The notes beneath the pieces were generated by a model, which saw nothing but the letters and a program-made list of their open reading frames with translations, was not told where the DNA came from and searched no databases. 64,000 nt of DNA from Acidimicrobiia bacterium (GTDB lineage Bacteria; Actinomycetota; Acidimicrobiia; Spongiisociales; UBA5794): positions 17,104-81,103 of the forward strand of contig DATHZQ010000151.1 of assembly GCA_035458525.1 (NCBI GenBank), in the 5' to 3' direction. Within the stretch, counting starts at the first letter, position 1. Each line of letters opens with the position of its first letter. A program made the position numbers and the translations under genes. Positions 49,897-59,427 of this stretch are shown piece by piece.

Positions 49897-51263
49897 GCGT
49901 CACCAGTCGCGATGCGACTGCGTACGGCACTCCGATCGATCTTGCCGTTGGGTAGCTCGGGTAGAGACTCGACGAACACATAGCGCTTGGGTCGATCGGC
50001 GGCAGCGAGCGTCTTGCGTGCGTGGCTGCGCAACTCGCCCTCCGTCGCAGCGCCACTGGTGGTGACCACACACGCAACGACGATCTCGCCCCACTCGTCG
50101 TCTGGGAGACCGACCACAGCCGCCTGCTGGAGCCCGGGGAACGCCTCGAGCGCCCGCTCCACGGTCGCGGGCACCACGTTTTCCCCTCCGGTGACGATCA
50201 CACCGTCGGTGCGGCCGAGAACCACAAGCCGGCCGGAGTCGTCGATCCGCCCGAGATCGCCCGTACGGTGCGGACCGGCGCGGAGCGGCTCCCCTCCATA
50301 CCCTGGCGTGACTGCGGGACCGTCGATCGTGATTTCGCCGGCACCGGTCGGATCCGGGTCAGAGACGGTCACGGACATGCCGCCCAACGGGCGCCCGACG
50401 GTTCCCACCGAAGTCCACATCTCGCCAGGCGCAACCGTCGCAACCTGCGAGCAGGCTTCGGTGAGACCGTACGTAGCCAGCACGGGCAGCCCGACTTCGA
50501 GCGCCCGGCGCAACAGATCCTCATTCGCAGCAGCCCCGCCCACGAGCACGGCGCGCACCTCGGGCGACACCTCGTCGATGTGATCGAGCAGGCGATACAG
50601 CATCGTCGGAACCAGGCTCGAGATCGTGATGGCGCCATCGGCGAAACGCTGCGCAGTGCGCGACGGATCGAACCCCTCGTCGAGCACGACCGCACCGCCC
50701 GCTGCGGCGCTGCGCCACAACACGGACGCACCTCCGACATGTGCCGGCGGGAGGACGAGCTGCCAGCGGTCAGCGGCGTCGTTGCGCAGTCGAGTCTGTG
50801 ATGCGGCAACCGCCGCCGCCACGTTGTCGTGGGTGAGGATCACCGGCCGCGGCGCTCCACTGGACCCTGAGGTGAGGATCCAGGAGTGGTGGGCTGGATC
50901 GGCGGCGCCTGAAGGGCCGTGTACCTCAACCATGTTCTCTCCGTCCACGAGTGCGGCGACACCCCATCTGGCGAATAGAGACTCGTCGCGGCCATCCAGG
51001 GCGGCGGCATCGAGCAGCAGCGCCGTGTGCGGCGACTCCCATACAGCCCACAGCTGCGCCATCGACTGCGGGTTGCGCCGAACGACGACGCCGAGATTCG
51101 ATGGCCCCGGAAGGTCGAGGTCGGCGAGCTCGGCACGCCATCGCTCGGCAGCACCGGCCAACTCGGCATACGACATGATCAGAGAGCCGGCGATCAGGGC
51201 AGGGGCTTCCGGGGTCGAGCGGACAGCGGTGGACAACCAGGCGGTTGGAGCAGGCACAGACAT
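49893..51263 (-). CDS. menE: AMP-binding acyl-CoA ligase, probable o-succinylbenzoate--CoA ligase
   Basis: The product shows an ANL-superfamily pattern (TSGSSGAPRPV, GYGLTEA). It is divergent from menB, with menA downstream. I take the ATG at 51263. Confidence 0.65.
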   Translation of the reverse strand: MSVPAPTAWLSTAVRSTPEAPALIAGSLIMSYAELAGAAERWRAELADLDLPGPSNLGVVVRRNPQSMAQLWAVWESPHTALLLDAAALDGRDESLFARWGVAALVDGENMVEVHGPSGAADPAHHSWILTSGSSGAPRPVILTHDNVAAAVAASQTRLRNDAADRWQLVLPPAHVGGASVLWRSAAAGGAVVLDEGFDPSRTAQRFADGAITISSLVPTMLYRLLDHIDEVSPEVRAVLVGGAAANEDLLRRALEVGLPVLATYGLTEACSQVATVAPGEMWTSVGTVGRPLGGMSVTVSDPDPTGAGEITIDGPAVTPGYGGEPLRAGPHRTGDLGRIDDSGRLVVLGRTDGVIVTGGENVVPATVERALEAFPGLQQAAVVGLPDDEWGEIVVACVVTTSGAATEGELRSHARKTLAAADRPKRYVFVESLPELPNGKIDRSAVRSRIATGDA

Positions 51264-51289
51264 GGCCGTCACTACAGTATCCCGCCAGC

Positions 51290-52180
51290 ATGGTCTCTGA
51301 ACTCTTCGACCCATCCGCCTGGCACGTCGTGCCCGATTTCGACTTCACCGACATCACGTATCACCGCGCCAACGACACCGGAGCGGTCCGCATCGCGTTC
51401 AACCGGCCCGAGGTGCGCAATGCATTCCGTCCCCACACGGTCGACGAGCTCTATCGGGCCCTCGATGACGCCAGGATGACCTCCGACGTGGGTTGCGTGC
51501 TCCTCACCGGGAACGGGCCGTCCCCCAAGGACGGCGGCTGGGCGTTCTGCTCCGGCGGCGACCAGAGAATCCGGGGCCGTGACGGATACCAGTACGCCGA
51601 CGGCGAGGAGATCGAGCCGGGCCGATTGGGACGGCTGCACATTCTCGAGGTGCAACGCCTGATTCGCCACATGCCGAAGGTCGTCATCGCCGTCGTGCCC
51701 GGCTGGGCCGTCGGCGGTGGCCACAGCCTGCACGTCGTGTGCGACATGACCCTGGCGAGTCGCGAGCATGCCGTCTTCAAGCAGACCGATGCCGACGTCG
51801 CCAGCTTCGACGGCGGCTATGGCTCAGCACTCCTCGCCCGTCAGGTCGGCCAGAAACGGGCACGGGAGATCTTCTTCCTCGGGCGCGACTACCGCGCCCA
51901 AGATGCGTTCGAGATGGGCATGGTCAACGCCGTGATCGATCACGCGGACCTGGAGAAGGTGGCACTGGAGTGGGCCGCCGAGATCGTCGCCAAGAGCCCG
52001 ACCGCGCAGCGCATGCTCAAGTACGCGTTCAACCTGCCGGACGAGGGCATCGTGGGCCAGCAGCTCTTCGCCGGCGAAGCAACCCGTTTGGCCTACGGCA
52101 CGGACGAAGCGCAGGAAGGCCGCGACGCCTTCCTCGAGAAACGCAAACAGGACTACTCCGACTTCCCGTGGCACTTCTGA
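51290..52180 (+). CDS. menB: 1,4-dihydroxy-2-naphthoyl-CoA synthase
   Basis: The product has a crotonase fold with MenB-specific motifs (RPEVRNAFRP, FCSGGDQRIRG, GYGSALLARQVG). Confidence 0.88.
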   Translation: MVSELFDPSAWHVVPDFDFTDITYHRANDTGAVRIAFNRPEVRNAFRPHTVDELYRALDDARMTSDVGCVLLTGNGPSPKDGGWAFCSGGDQRIRGRDGYQYADGEEIEPGRLGRLHILEVQRLIRHMPKVVIAVVPGWAVGGGHSLHVVCDMTLASREHAVFKQTDADVASFDGGYGSALLARQVGQKRAREIFFLGRDYRAQDAFEMGMVNAVIDHADLEKVALEWAAEIVAKSPTAQRMLKYAFNLPDEGIVGQQLFAGEATRLAYGTDEAQEGRDAFLEKRKQDYSDFPWHF

Positions 52181-52183
52181 TCG

Positions 52184-52207
52184 TCGCTCGAAGCAGGCTT
52201 CGAGCGA
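52184..52207. terminator. GC-rich perfect hairpin (10-bp stem, 4-nt loop) 4 nt after the menB stop
   Basis: The sequence TCGCTCGAAGcaggCTTCGAGCGA is seen directly. A second imperfect GC hairpin lies at 52274-52306. Confidence 0.5.
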
Positions 52208-52376
52208 ACCTAGACGTCGGCCTACGGCCGCCATCCTTTGATCCCTGCGACGGCAAAGCCATCGCGGGGAAGATCGAGGGGGCCGGGACAAAGCCCGCCC
52301 CCTCGAGCACCCCCACCCCCAACACGCAGCTTCTCCGACGACAATTCCGCGGTCGTGAGGCTGACGGAAACCTCTC

Positions 52377-53255
52377 ATGAATCAGTTTCGTCCGTGGATC
52401 CTGGCGGCCCGGCCGCCGACACTGTGGGCAGCCGTGGCGCCCGTGTTGATCGGATCGGCCCTCGCACACCGCGACGGGGTGTTCCGCTGGGATGCCTTCG
52501 TCGTCACCGGCCTCGCCGCGGTGCTGATTCAGATCGGCGTCAACTACGCCAACGACTACTCCGACGGTGTGCGCGGCACCGACTCACCCGACCGCATCGG
52601 CCCGCAACGCGCCGTCGCCTCCAAACTCGTGACGCCGCAACAGATGAGGGCGGGGATCGGCATCGTTTTCGGGCTGGCGGCGCTCCTCGGGCTGTACCTG
52701 GCCACGATTGCCGGCCCTGTGATCATCGTCATTGGTGCCGTGTCCATCGTTGCGGCTCTCGGCTACACCGGCGGTCCGATTCCCTACGGTTATCGCGGGC
52801 TCGGCGAGGTGTTCGTGTTCGTGTTCTTCGGCCTCGTTGCCACCGTCGGCACGCGATTCGTGTTCGACCGCACGGCACCACTCGATGCCTGGGTCGGCGG
52901 CGTCGCCATGGGGCTGCTCGCAACCGCCATCCTCATCGCCAACAACATCCGCGACCTCGACACCGACGCGGCCGCAGGGAAGCGCACGCTGGCCGTCAAG
53001 CTCGGGAGAGACCGCACGCGCACCTTGTTTGCCGCAGTGGTCTACGGAGCTTTCGGTGTTGTGGCGCTCTCCGCAGCGTTGCAGTGGACTCCGCCTTGGA
53101 CGACGCTTGCGCTCGCCGCCCTCCCACTTGGGATTCGGCTCGCAACCGCCATCAGGCGCGCGGTGGCTGGACCCGAGCTCATCGCCGCGCTCAAGGGAAC
53201 GGCCCGGCTGCAGCTTCTCGTCGGCGTGCTTTTCGCGGCTGGAGCCTTGGTGTGA
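52377..53255 (+). CDS. menA: 1,4-dihydroxy-2-naphthoate polyprenyltransferase (UbiA family)
   Basis: The product has UbiA motifs (NDYSDGVRGTD...NNIRDLDTDAAAGKRTLAV) and 8-9 predicted TM helices. Confidence 0.85.
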   Translation: MNQFRPWILAARPPTLWAAVAPVLIGSALAHRDGVFRWDAFVVTGLAAVLIQIGVNYANDYSDGVRGTDSPDRIGPQRAVASKLVTPQQMRAGIGIVFGLAALLGLYLATIAGPVIIVIGAVSIVAALGYTGGPIPYGYRGLGEVFVFVFFGLVATVGTRFVFDRTAPLDAWVGGVAMGLLATAILIANNIRDLDTDAAAGKRTLAVKLGRDRTRTLFAAVVYGAFGVVALSAALQWTPPWTTLALAALPLGIRLATAIRRAVAGPELIAALKGTARLQLLVGVLFAAGALV

Positions 53256-54415
53256 CCAACACGTTGCGGAAGCACTGGGATCTCGACCCGAACGTGACCC
53301 ACCTCAACCATGGATCCTTCGGCGCTGCCCCGAGAGCCGTACTCGACTACCAGTTCGCAATGCAGCGCCGCCTCGAGGAGAACCCGATGCGGTTCTTCTC
53401 GAGGGATCTGCCCGGGTTGCTCGACGAAGCACGCCTCGCGCTGGCGGCATTCATCGGAGCCGAACCGGAGCAGCTGGCCTTCGTGCCGAACGCATCGGCC
53501 GGCATCAACGCGGTGTTGCGCAGCCTCGAGTTCGGACCCGGTGACGAACTCCTGGTCACCAGCCACGGCTACGGGGCAGCGGCGAGCGCCGCCGCCTACG
53601 TTGCGGAACGCAGCGGCGCAACGCTCGTGACCGCCGACGTCCCCGCCACACCGCACTCCAGCCACGAGGTCAGGGACACGATCCTGACTGCGGTCACGCA
53701 GCGCACCCGACTCGCACTGATCGACCATGTGACGAGCTCGACCGCCCTCGTGTTCCCCCTCGCCGCGATCGTTGGAGACCTGGCGGGGCGGGGCATCCCG
53801 ACGCTGGTTGATGGAGCTCACGCACCAGGGATGATGGACCTCGACCTGAGGGCGATCGGTGCGGCCTACTACACCGGCAACTGCCACAAGTGGATGTGCG
53901 CACCCAAGGGGGCCGGTCTTCTGTATGTCGAGGACCCTGAGGCGGCGACGGCGCTCGTACCCGTCGTTGTCGGATGGGGCCGCACCTCACGCCCGATTGG
54001 CCGATCGCAGTTCCACGCCGACTTCGACTGGGTCGGCACGGCCGACCCGTCCGCCTACCTGTCCGTGCCGAAGGCGATCGAGGTCATGGGCGGGCTCCTG
54101 CCCGGTGGCTGGGCCGAGCTGCGCACCCACAACCAAGAGTTGGTCCTCGCTGCCCGTCGCATCCTTTGCGAGCGACTCGAGGTCTCGGCACCGGTTCCTG
54201 CGGCAATGGTCGGATCCATGGCCATCGTGCCGTTACCCGATGCGGCCGTCCCCCCGGCGCCGCTCGAGCCCGACCCGCTACAAACCCGGCTCGCCGAGCG
54301 TGGATTCGAAGTGCCCATCACCTATGGACCGGCACCCACCCGACGGTGGCTTCGCATCTCGGCTCAGGCCTACAACGCGGTGGACGACTACGAGCGACTA
54401 GCCGACGCGCTGTGA
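53252..54415 (+). CDS. Class V aminotransferase (isopenicillin-N-epimerase/cysteine-desulfurase-like, PLP-dependent)
   Basis: A GTG at 53252 overlaps the menA stop (GTGA). The product has the PLP-lysine region CHKWMCAPKGAG. The upstream 338 codons of the track ORF are read-through over menA. Confidence 0.7.
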   Translation: MTNTLRKHWDLDPNVTHLNHGSFGAAPRAVLDYQFAMQRRLEENPMRFFSRDLPGLLDEARLALAAFIGAEPEQLAFVPNASAGINAVLRSLEFGPGDELLVTSHGYGAAASAAAYVAERSGATLVTADVPATPHSSHEVRDTILTAVTQRTRLALIDHVTSSTALVFPLAAIVGDLAGRGIPTLVDGAHAPGMMDLDLRAIGAAYYTGNCHKWMCAPKGAGLLYVEDPEAATALVPVVVGWGRTSRPIGRSQFHADFDWVGTADPSAYLSVPKAIEVMGGLLPGGWAELRTHNQELVLAARRILCERLEVSAPVPAAMVGSMAIVPLPDAAVPPAPLEPDPLQTRLAERGFEVPITYGPAPTRRWLRISAQAYNAVDDYERLADAL

Positions 54416-54419
54416 TTCC

Positions 54420-55262
54420 TCAGCGTGATCGAAGCGAATCGATCGCAGCAAGGGACGGCAAGCCGGCGCGAGGCATCGCGGCGGCTGCCGCTCCCGCAGC
54501 TGCGGCGAACTCGATGATTTCTCCCGGACCCCACGCCGCCGCAAGGCCATAGGAGCAGGCCGCAGCGAATACGTCACCTGATCCGGTCGCATCGTCCGGC
54601 GTCACGGTCGGCGGCGACACATCGAAGTGTGTGCCTTCCCACCACACCCCGATGGCGTCCGGACCCGCCGTCAGGACCACCGACGGCGCCGCGGCTGCCA
54701 CACGAGCCGCAGCTGCGGCATCGTGCTCGTGGCGAGACCACACGACGAGGTCGACGGCGGCGGGCGGCGGGTCGGGAGCGTCGAGCCACACGACCGGAAC
54801 ACCTCGCCGAACCGCCTCGGTCGCAACCGCCGCTGCGGCATCACCGCCGAATCCGTCGACGAGCACGACATCAACACCGTCCCACGCCGCGGCCGGCACC
54901 TTCTGCCACGCGGCGCCTTCGTACCCGGTGCAGACGATCGAACGATCTCCGTCCGGCGTCACCAAGATGATGCAGTGCCGCGTTGGCTCGTCCGTCCGCA
55001 CCAGCCAGGACCGATCGAGCATCGGAACGTGGAGGGATGCCATCAGCAGCTCACCGAGCGCATCCCGGCCCACCGGCAGACCCATGAGCCGTGCCGTCGC
55101 ACCCCATGTGGCCAGCGCCATGGCGGCATTGGCCGCCTTGCCACCCCAGTTGGTGGACCAGGCGCTGGAGCGGATGTCGTCGCCCGGCCCCGGGAGCCGC
55201 TCGACGCGGTGCACGATGTCGGGGTTCAGCGCCCCGTACACGATGGCCGTCGTCTGTCCCAT
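54420..55262 (-). CDS. PfkB family carbohydrate kinase (ribokinase-like)
   Basis: The product has DATGSGDVFAAA (anion hole/ATP motif) and the NxxGGKxANAA pattern. The start is at MGQTTAIVYG. The exact coordinate is +/-1 uncertain because of a C-run I could not count reliably. Confidence 0.7.
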   Translation of the reverse strand: MGQTTAIVYGALNPDIVHRVERLPGPGDDIRSSAWSTNWGGKAANAAMALATWGATARLMGLPVGRDALGELLMASLHVPMLDRSWLVRTDEPTRHCIILVTPDGDRSIVCTGYEGAAWQKVPAAAWDGVDVVLVDGFGGDAAAAVATEAVRRGVPVVWLDAPDPPPAAVDLVVWSRHEHDAAAAARVAAAAPSVVLTAGPDAIGVWWEGTHFDVSPPTVTPDDATGSGDVFAAACSYGLAAAWGPGEIIEFAAAAGAAAAAMPRAGLPSLAAIDSLRSR

Positions 55263-55439
55263 GCGGCCCACCGTACCGAACCGCGCCCGCACCGTCGGTC
55301 TCGGTCTGGGCGCCTCGACGTTCGCTATGCCAATGCTGCGCCCCTGTGCCAACAGCACGACTCGCCCTCGCGGCACGCAACGATCCCCGCAAAGGCACGG
55401 CACTAGAGCTGGCGCACGTCCATGAGCTCGGTGGAGCCT

Positions 55440-56290
55440 CGAGATGGAGGCGGGCGTCCGCCCTCGAATATCGACGCGGCGTGGTGAAGAGGTAGACCGC
55501 TCCCGAGTCCCAGTGCGTCGACCCTTCGCGGCCTGCGTCGTCGCCTCCAGGTTGCCCGACGACCACCGTGGTTCCCTGAAGCGCGACAACGTCTCCAAAG
55601 TCGTTCGTACGCGTCAGCATCACTCGCGGTCGGCTTCGCAGCCTCAACCCATCCAGAAGGAGCGCGACCAAAGATGTATGCCGCCCCGGAGGAGAATCCT
55701 GAATCGTCGCGCTGAGGTGCTCCAATGACGATCACGTCGCCATCGATTGCGACGGACCGGCCGAACCGGTCGCCGGTCGAACCGTCTGACGCGACGAGCT
55801 TGGCCGACCCAACCCAACCCGACGCCGTGCGGTCGAACACATACGCCGAACCGGTATCGGCAGTCACACCGTCGCTTGAGAACGCCCCAATCAGAATCGT
55901 GTTGCCGTCGACCGCCGATGAGAAGCCGAACCAATCCGACGTCGCCCGAGTCGGACGCGACAAGCTTCGTCGACTCGACCCATCCCAATTCCGTTCGCTC
56001 GAACACATAGGCGGAACCCGAGTTGTCCGAGAGGCCGCCCCCAACCATGCCGTCGAGCGGCGTGCTGGCAACGCTACAGCTGCTCGACGGCATCTCGAGC
56101 CGCATCGCACCGTGAGGCGGAAGCTCACCCGTCACCTGTGACGCCAGACCCTCTGCCTCCAGCAGCACGAAGGGCCCTGTCCGCCTGTGGCGTGACGAAT
56201 CTGACTGGCGGCGATGCCGATCGCGGCGACGATGAAGACGAACACTGCGGCGACGTGGCGAGACCGGCGATATCCGCACGTTCGAGTACC
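55440..56290 (-). pseudogene. FG-GAP (integrin-alpha-like beta-propeller) repeat secreted protein gene, disrupted by multiple frameshifts and an in-frame stop
   Basis: FG-GAP repeats (…GSAYVFERTELGW…, …DGNTILIGAFSSDGVTADTGSAYVF…, …GDVIVIGAPQRDDSGFSSGAAYIF…, …TTVVVGQPGGDDAGREGSTHWDSGAVYLF…) are spread over three different minus-strand frames (ORFs 55644..56294, 55403..56128, 55051..55725). A signal-peptide-like segment (VAAVFVFIVAAIGIAAS) lies in the frame of the second fragment but is separated from it by a TGA. Confidence 0.6.
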
Positions 56291-56415
56291 TCACCGCCCT
56301 TTGCGCCCGACTGAGCCGGCCGTCTCAGGCATCATCATCTGCTTTAGCGGCTCGCCCGGCACCTTGCCCTCTCGTTAGTGTTCGCGCTACGTACCACCCT
56401 GAGGAGAGTTCGCGT

Positions 56416-57159
56416 ATGAGTCATGATGTTCGGGTCGGGTTCGCCGAAGCCATCGGAACGGCGGTCCTCGTGATCGGCGGCGCTGGCACCGCGATCTTCG
56501 CAACCGGCGGCTTCAACGAGGGCCTCAGCGTCGGGATCCTCGGCGTTTCGCTTGCGTTCGGGCTCAGCCTGCTGTGTATGGCCTACCTGATTGGCCGCAT
56601 CTCCGGCTGCCACATCAACCCTGCCGTGACCATCGGCATGCTCGCCACAAGGAAGCTACCTGCCGCCAAGTCGGCCCCATACTTCGTCGGTCAGTTCGTC
56701 GGCGGAGTGGTAGGTGCAGGCTTCCTCGCGCTTGTCCTAGCCGGCACCGATGGCTACATGAGCCAAGCCCAGGACGCCGGCTTCGCGTCGAACGGCTACG
56801 GCGCCCACTCGCCCGCGGGGTTCGATCTATTGTCAGTTGCGATCATCGAAATCGTTGTGACCGCGGTCTTCATCCTGATCGTGTTGGGCACAACCGACGA
56901 AGACGGAGTACCGAACGGGTTCGGCCCGATCGCCGCCGGCCTCGGGCTCGCGCTTGTGCACATGATCTCGATCCCCGTGTCGAACACTTCGGTCAACCCC
57001 GCCCGCTCACTCGCAACGGCCGTCTTCCAGGGTGACTGGGCCCTCGGTCAGGCCTGGGCCTTCATCGTGTTCCCAGCGATCGGGGCGCTGCTTGCCGGCG
57101 CGATCTGGCTCGTCGTCGGTCCCCAGCGATCCACTACCGCCGAAGCCGAAGGGTCCTGA
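56416..57159 (+). CDS. aqpZ: Aquaporin Z (MIP family water channel)
   Basis: The product has the two NPA boxes (HINPAVTIG and NPARSLA). Confidence 0.92.
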   Translation: MSHDVRVGFAEAIGTAVLVIGGAGTAIFATGGFNEGLSVGILGVSLAFGLSLLCMAYLIGRISGCHINPAVTIGMLATRKLPAAKSAPYFVGQFVGGVVGAGFLALVLAGTDGYMSQAQDAGFASNGYGAHSPAGFDLLSVAIIEIVVTAVFILIVLGTTDEDGVPNGFGPIAAGLGLALVHMISIPVSNTSVNPARSLATAVFQGDWALGQAWAFIVFPAIGALLAGAIWLVVGPQRSTTAEAEGS

Positions 57160-57718
57160 CGGGCTCGACGCGATAAACAGCTACCAGCAGTACCAGATCA
57201 CCACTTCGTCGAGTGTCCTGGACCGGCACCCATATCAGTCTGGTCGGCTCCCAGGTCAGGTCCGACTGCGTGTTGTTGGGTCGTGCTGGATGTGCCCGTC
57301 AAGCGGCGACGTGCACGCCGTGCATCAGACCGCGGTGGGCTTGAACGCTGAGCGGCATCACCAACCTGTTCCCGGCTCGTGATACTTGCCCCAGGCGAAG
57401 CGGGGGATCGAATCTGCATCGACGGGACGGCATAGGGTGTTGGAAGCTCGTGAATGCGAACCATGGGATGGCCGTCACACAGAGCACATCGTCTGCGAGT
57501 ACTCGGTTTCGACAGAATGGGTCAAGAAGAGCACATGGCAGCACATCGACGATCAGGGGGGTGAGTCAATGAGGCTGACAGCAGCCGCGCTCAGAGACGA
57601 ACCCCCCTGGCAGGCCGATCACCAAATAGGGAGCAAGAACGCACGCTGCCCCAAACCGAGCCGATCGGCACGTCTCGGGTGTCCCCAGCCGCTCAGCATT
57701 GACGGTTGTCGAGCTGCC

Positions 57719-58237
57719 TCAGCCGACAGTGGCTCGCTGCTTCTCCACGACCTGTCGATAGATCCAGACGCTGAACCCGATCCATGTCAATCCCATCACC
57801 AGCAGTCCGTACCCGAGCATCGCGCCCGTCGACCCCAGGAGGAGAAACAGACCCGACCAACGCATCGGAGATCGGACGGTCAATGCGAGTACGCCCGCCA
57901 GCGCCAGGGTGATCAACATGCCCATACCACCGATGAAGAACCCCCACTCCGCCCATTCCCACCCGAAGGCATCCTCGAACAGGTTCCCCAATCCTTGCAT
58001 GATGGCAGCGACGCCGCCGACACCGATGAGTAAGGCTCCTCGTTGGACCGGCGGGGCACGCCAGAGAACGAGCAGGGCGACTCCAGTTGCCAAGCCTGCA
58101 CCTGTCTGTATGAGTACGCCGCTGTAGCCGACGATCGATTCGGGGTCGTAGTACTGGATGTCGGCGAACTCGAGGAGCCACCTCGCGACAGAGAACACGC
58201 CAGCAGCGACAAACCAGCCGATCTCGGGCCGTGGCAT
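57719..58237 (-). CDS. Integral membrane protein (4-5 TM), unknown function
   Basis: I take the ATG at 58237 (MPRPEIGWFVAAGVFSV...). The upstream part of the 474-aa track ORF is antisense to xdhC. Confidence 0.5.
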   Translation of the reverse strand: MPRPEIGWFVAAGVFSVARWLLEFADIQYYDPESIVGYSGVLIQTGAGLATGVALLVLWRAPPVQRGALLIGVGGVAAIMQGLGNLFEDAFGWEWAEWGFFIGGMGMLITLALAGVLALTVRSPMRWSGLFLLLGSTGAMLGYGLLVMGLTWIGFSVWIYRQVVEKQRATVG

Positions 58238-58279
58238 ACTGATCGCCCAGATTGGGAGGGTGCCGTTTACGACATCGCG

Positions 58280-59110
58280 TTGAGCGTGCTTTCGTGCTTG
58301 CGCGCCAGCACCCGCGTGCACGTTGCATGGGTGGTTTGTCCCGAGTCCACAGCGCGCAATGAAGCGGTCGCCATCACCCCCGGCGGAGGGCGCATCGGCG
58401 ATCTGATGGGCGGGGCGCTCGATCATGCGATCGCCGAAGCCGTGCGTCGTCTCGACGGCGCCGGCAGACTCATCGAGATACAACTCGGCCCCGTCGAGGC
58501 CCTTGTCACCGGACGAGCCGAGGGCTCCACGATGACTCTGGCGCTGATGGATGGAAGCGCCATCGCCGTTGACATCTGGGAAGACCTTGCGGCACGGAGA
58601 CCAACTCGCTTTGCTGTTCGCGTCGATGGAGAACGTCTCGACGAAGCGGAACACCTCGAACCCGGTGATCCTGGCATCCACCTCTCGACCGATCACCTCG
58701 TGACGTCGCTCGTGCCCGTGCCGCGCGCCGTGATCTCGGGCGGTGGTCCGGTCGCCGAAGCTCTGGTCGATGCGTTCACGCTCATTGGCTGGCAGCCGTC
58801 GTTGGTCGCCGACGTGGCCACGGCGTCGGGAATGATGGCGACCCTCTCGTCGATCGATGCCGTCGTCGTGATGGGCCACGAAGTCGAGACCGCGGGACGT
58901 GCCCTCCAGGCTGCACTTGCGTCCGGGACGGGATATATCGGCTCGATCGGATCGCCGCGCATGCAGGAGTTGCGGAAAGACTGGCTGGCCTACCGCGGGG
59001 TCGACTGGGACGACCGAGTCCGCGGTCCCGCAGGATTGCCCATCGGCGCTTCGAGCGCTCCCGAAGTCGCTGTCTCCATTGTCGCCGAGGTCATCGCCAC
59101 GCGGCCTTAG
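58280..59110 (+). CDS. XdhC/CoxI(CoxF)-family molybdenum-cofactor insertion accessory protein
   Basis: The N-domain reads RVHVAWVVCPESTARNEAVAITPGGGRIGDLMGG. The Rossmann-like part reads RAVISGGGPVAEALVDAFTLIGWQPSLVAD, and the C-terminus reads GYIGSIGSPRMQ...GLPIGASSAPEVAVSIVAEVIATR. The start is uncertain; a TTG at 58280 or a GTG at 58286 are the candidates. Confidence 0.75.
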   Translation: MSVLSCLRASTRVHVAWVVCPESTARNEAVAITPGGGRIGDLMGGALDHAIAEAVRRLDGAGRLIEIQLGPVEALVTGRAEGSTMTLALMDGSAIAVDIWEDLAARRPTRFAVRVDGERLDEAEHLEPGDPGIHLSTDHLVTSLVPVPRAVISGGGPVAEALVDAFTLIGWQPSLVADVATASGMMATLSSIDAVVVMGHEVETAGRALQAALASGTGYIGSIGSPRMQELRKDWLAYRGVDWDDRVRGPAGLPIGASSAPEVAVSIVAEVIATRP

Positions 59111-59171
59111 CCGCCACGCGGCCCGGTGTTCGACCCGACGCACTGCTACGATCTGCTCACAAGGAGACGCG

Positions 59172-59423
59172 ATGGATCAGCGAGATCAGCCCAACGACAC
59201 GACCACCATGTGGTCTTCCCCGACGGAGGATCAGGTGCTGCTCGACGCCGATTGCAGCCCAACCAAGACGTGCCGCAACATGGTCGGAATCACCTTTGAT
59301 GGGTACGGCGAGCCGGGCACTGATCTGCAGACCGCGTGGCGGGCAACTCTCGAGCGCGAAGGCAAGCTGTCCGGCGACGGGGCAAGCCTGCGAGAGCTCG
59401 TGCTCGGTACCCACGACGCCTGA
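59172..59423 (+). CDS. Small hypothetical protein (83 aa) between xdhC-like and moxR-like genes
   Basis: A strong AAGGAG RBS lies at 59161-59166 and the ATG at 59172. The product has no recognisable motif. Confidence 0.4.
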   Translation: MDQRDQPNDTTTMWSSPTEDQVLLDADCSPTKTCRNMVGITFDGYGEPGTDLQTAWRATLEREGKLSGDGASLRELVLGTHDA

Positions 59424-59427
59424 GTTC

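Noticed and set aside
55725-56141. Apparent nucleotide/peptide repeats (PTQPDAVRSNTYAEP / STHPNSVRSNT) suggestive of a repeat array
   Set aside because: They are the antisense reflection of the FG-GAP blade repeats. There is no CRISPR-like spacer/repeat periodicity.
56129-56415. Possible tRNA (GTTCGAGT T-loop-like string) in the 287-bp spacer before aqpZ
   Set aside because: No complementary T-stem or acceptor stem is present. The region instead carries the decayed 5' end (signal peptide) of the FG-GAP pseudogene.
57299-57544. An 81-aa minus-strand ORF in the aqpZ downstream gap
   Set aside because: Its composition is not protein-like, and it has no RBS or homology. I treat the region as non-coding.
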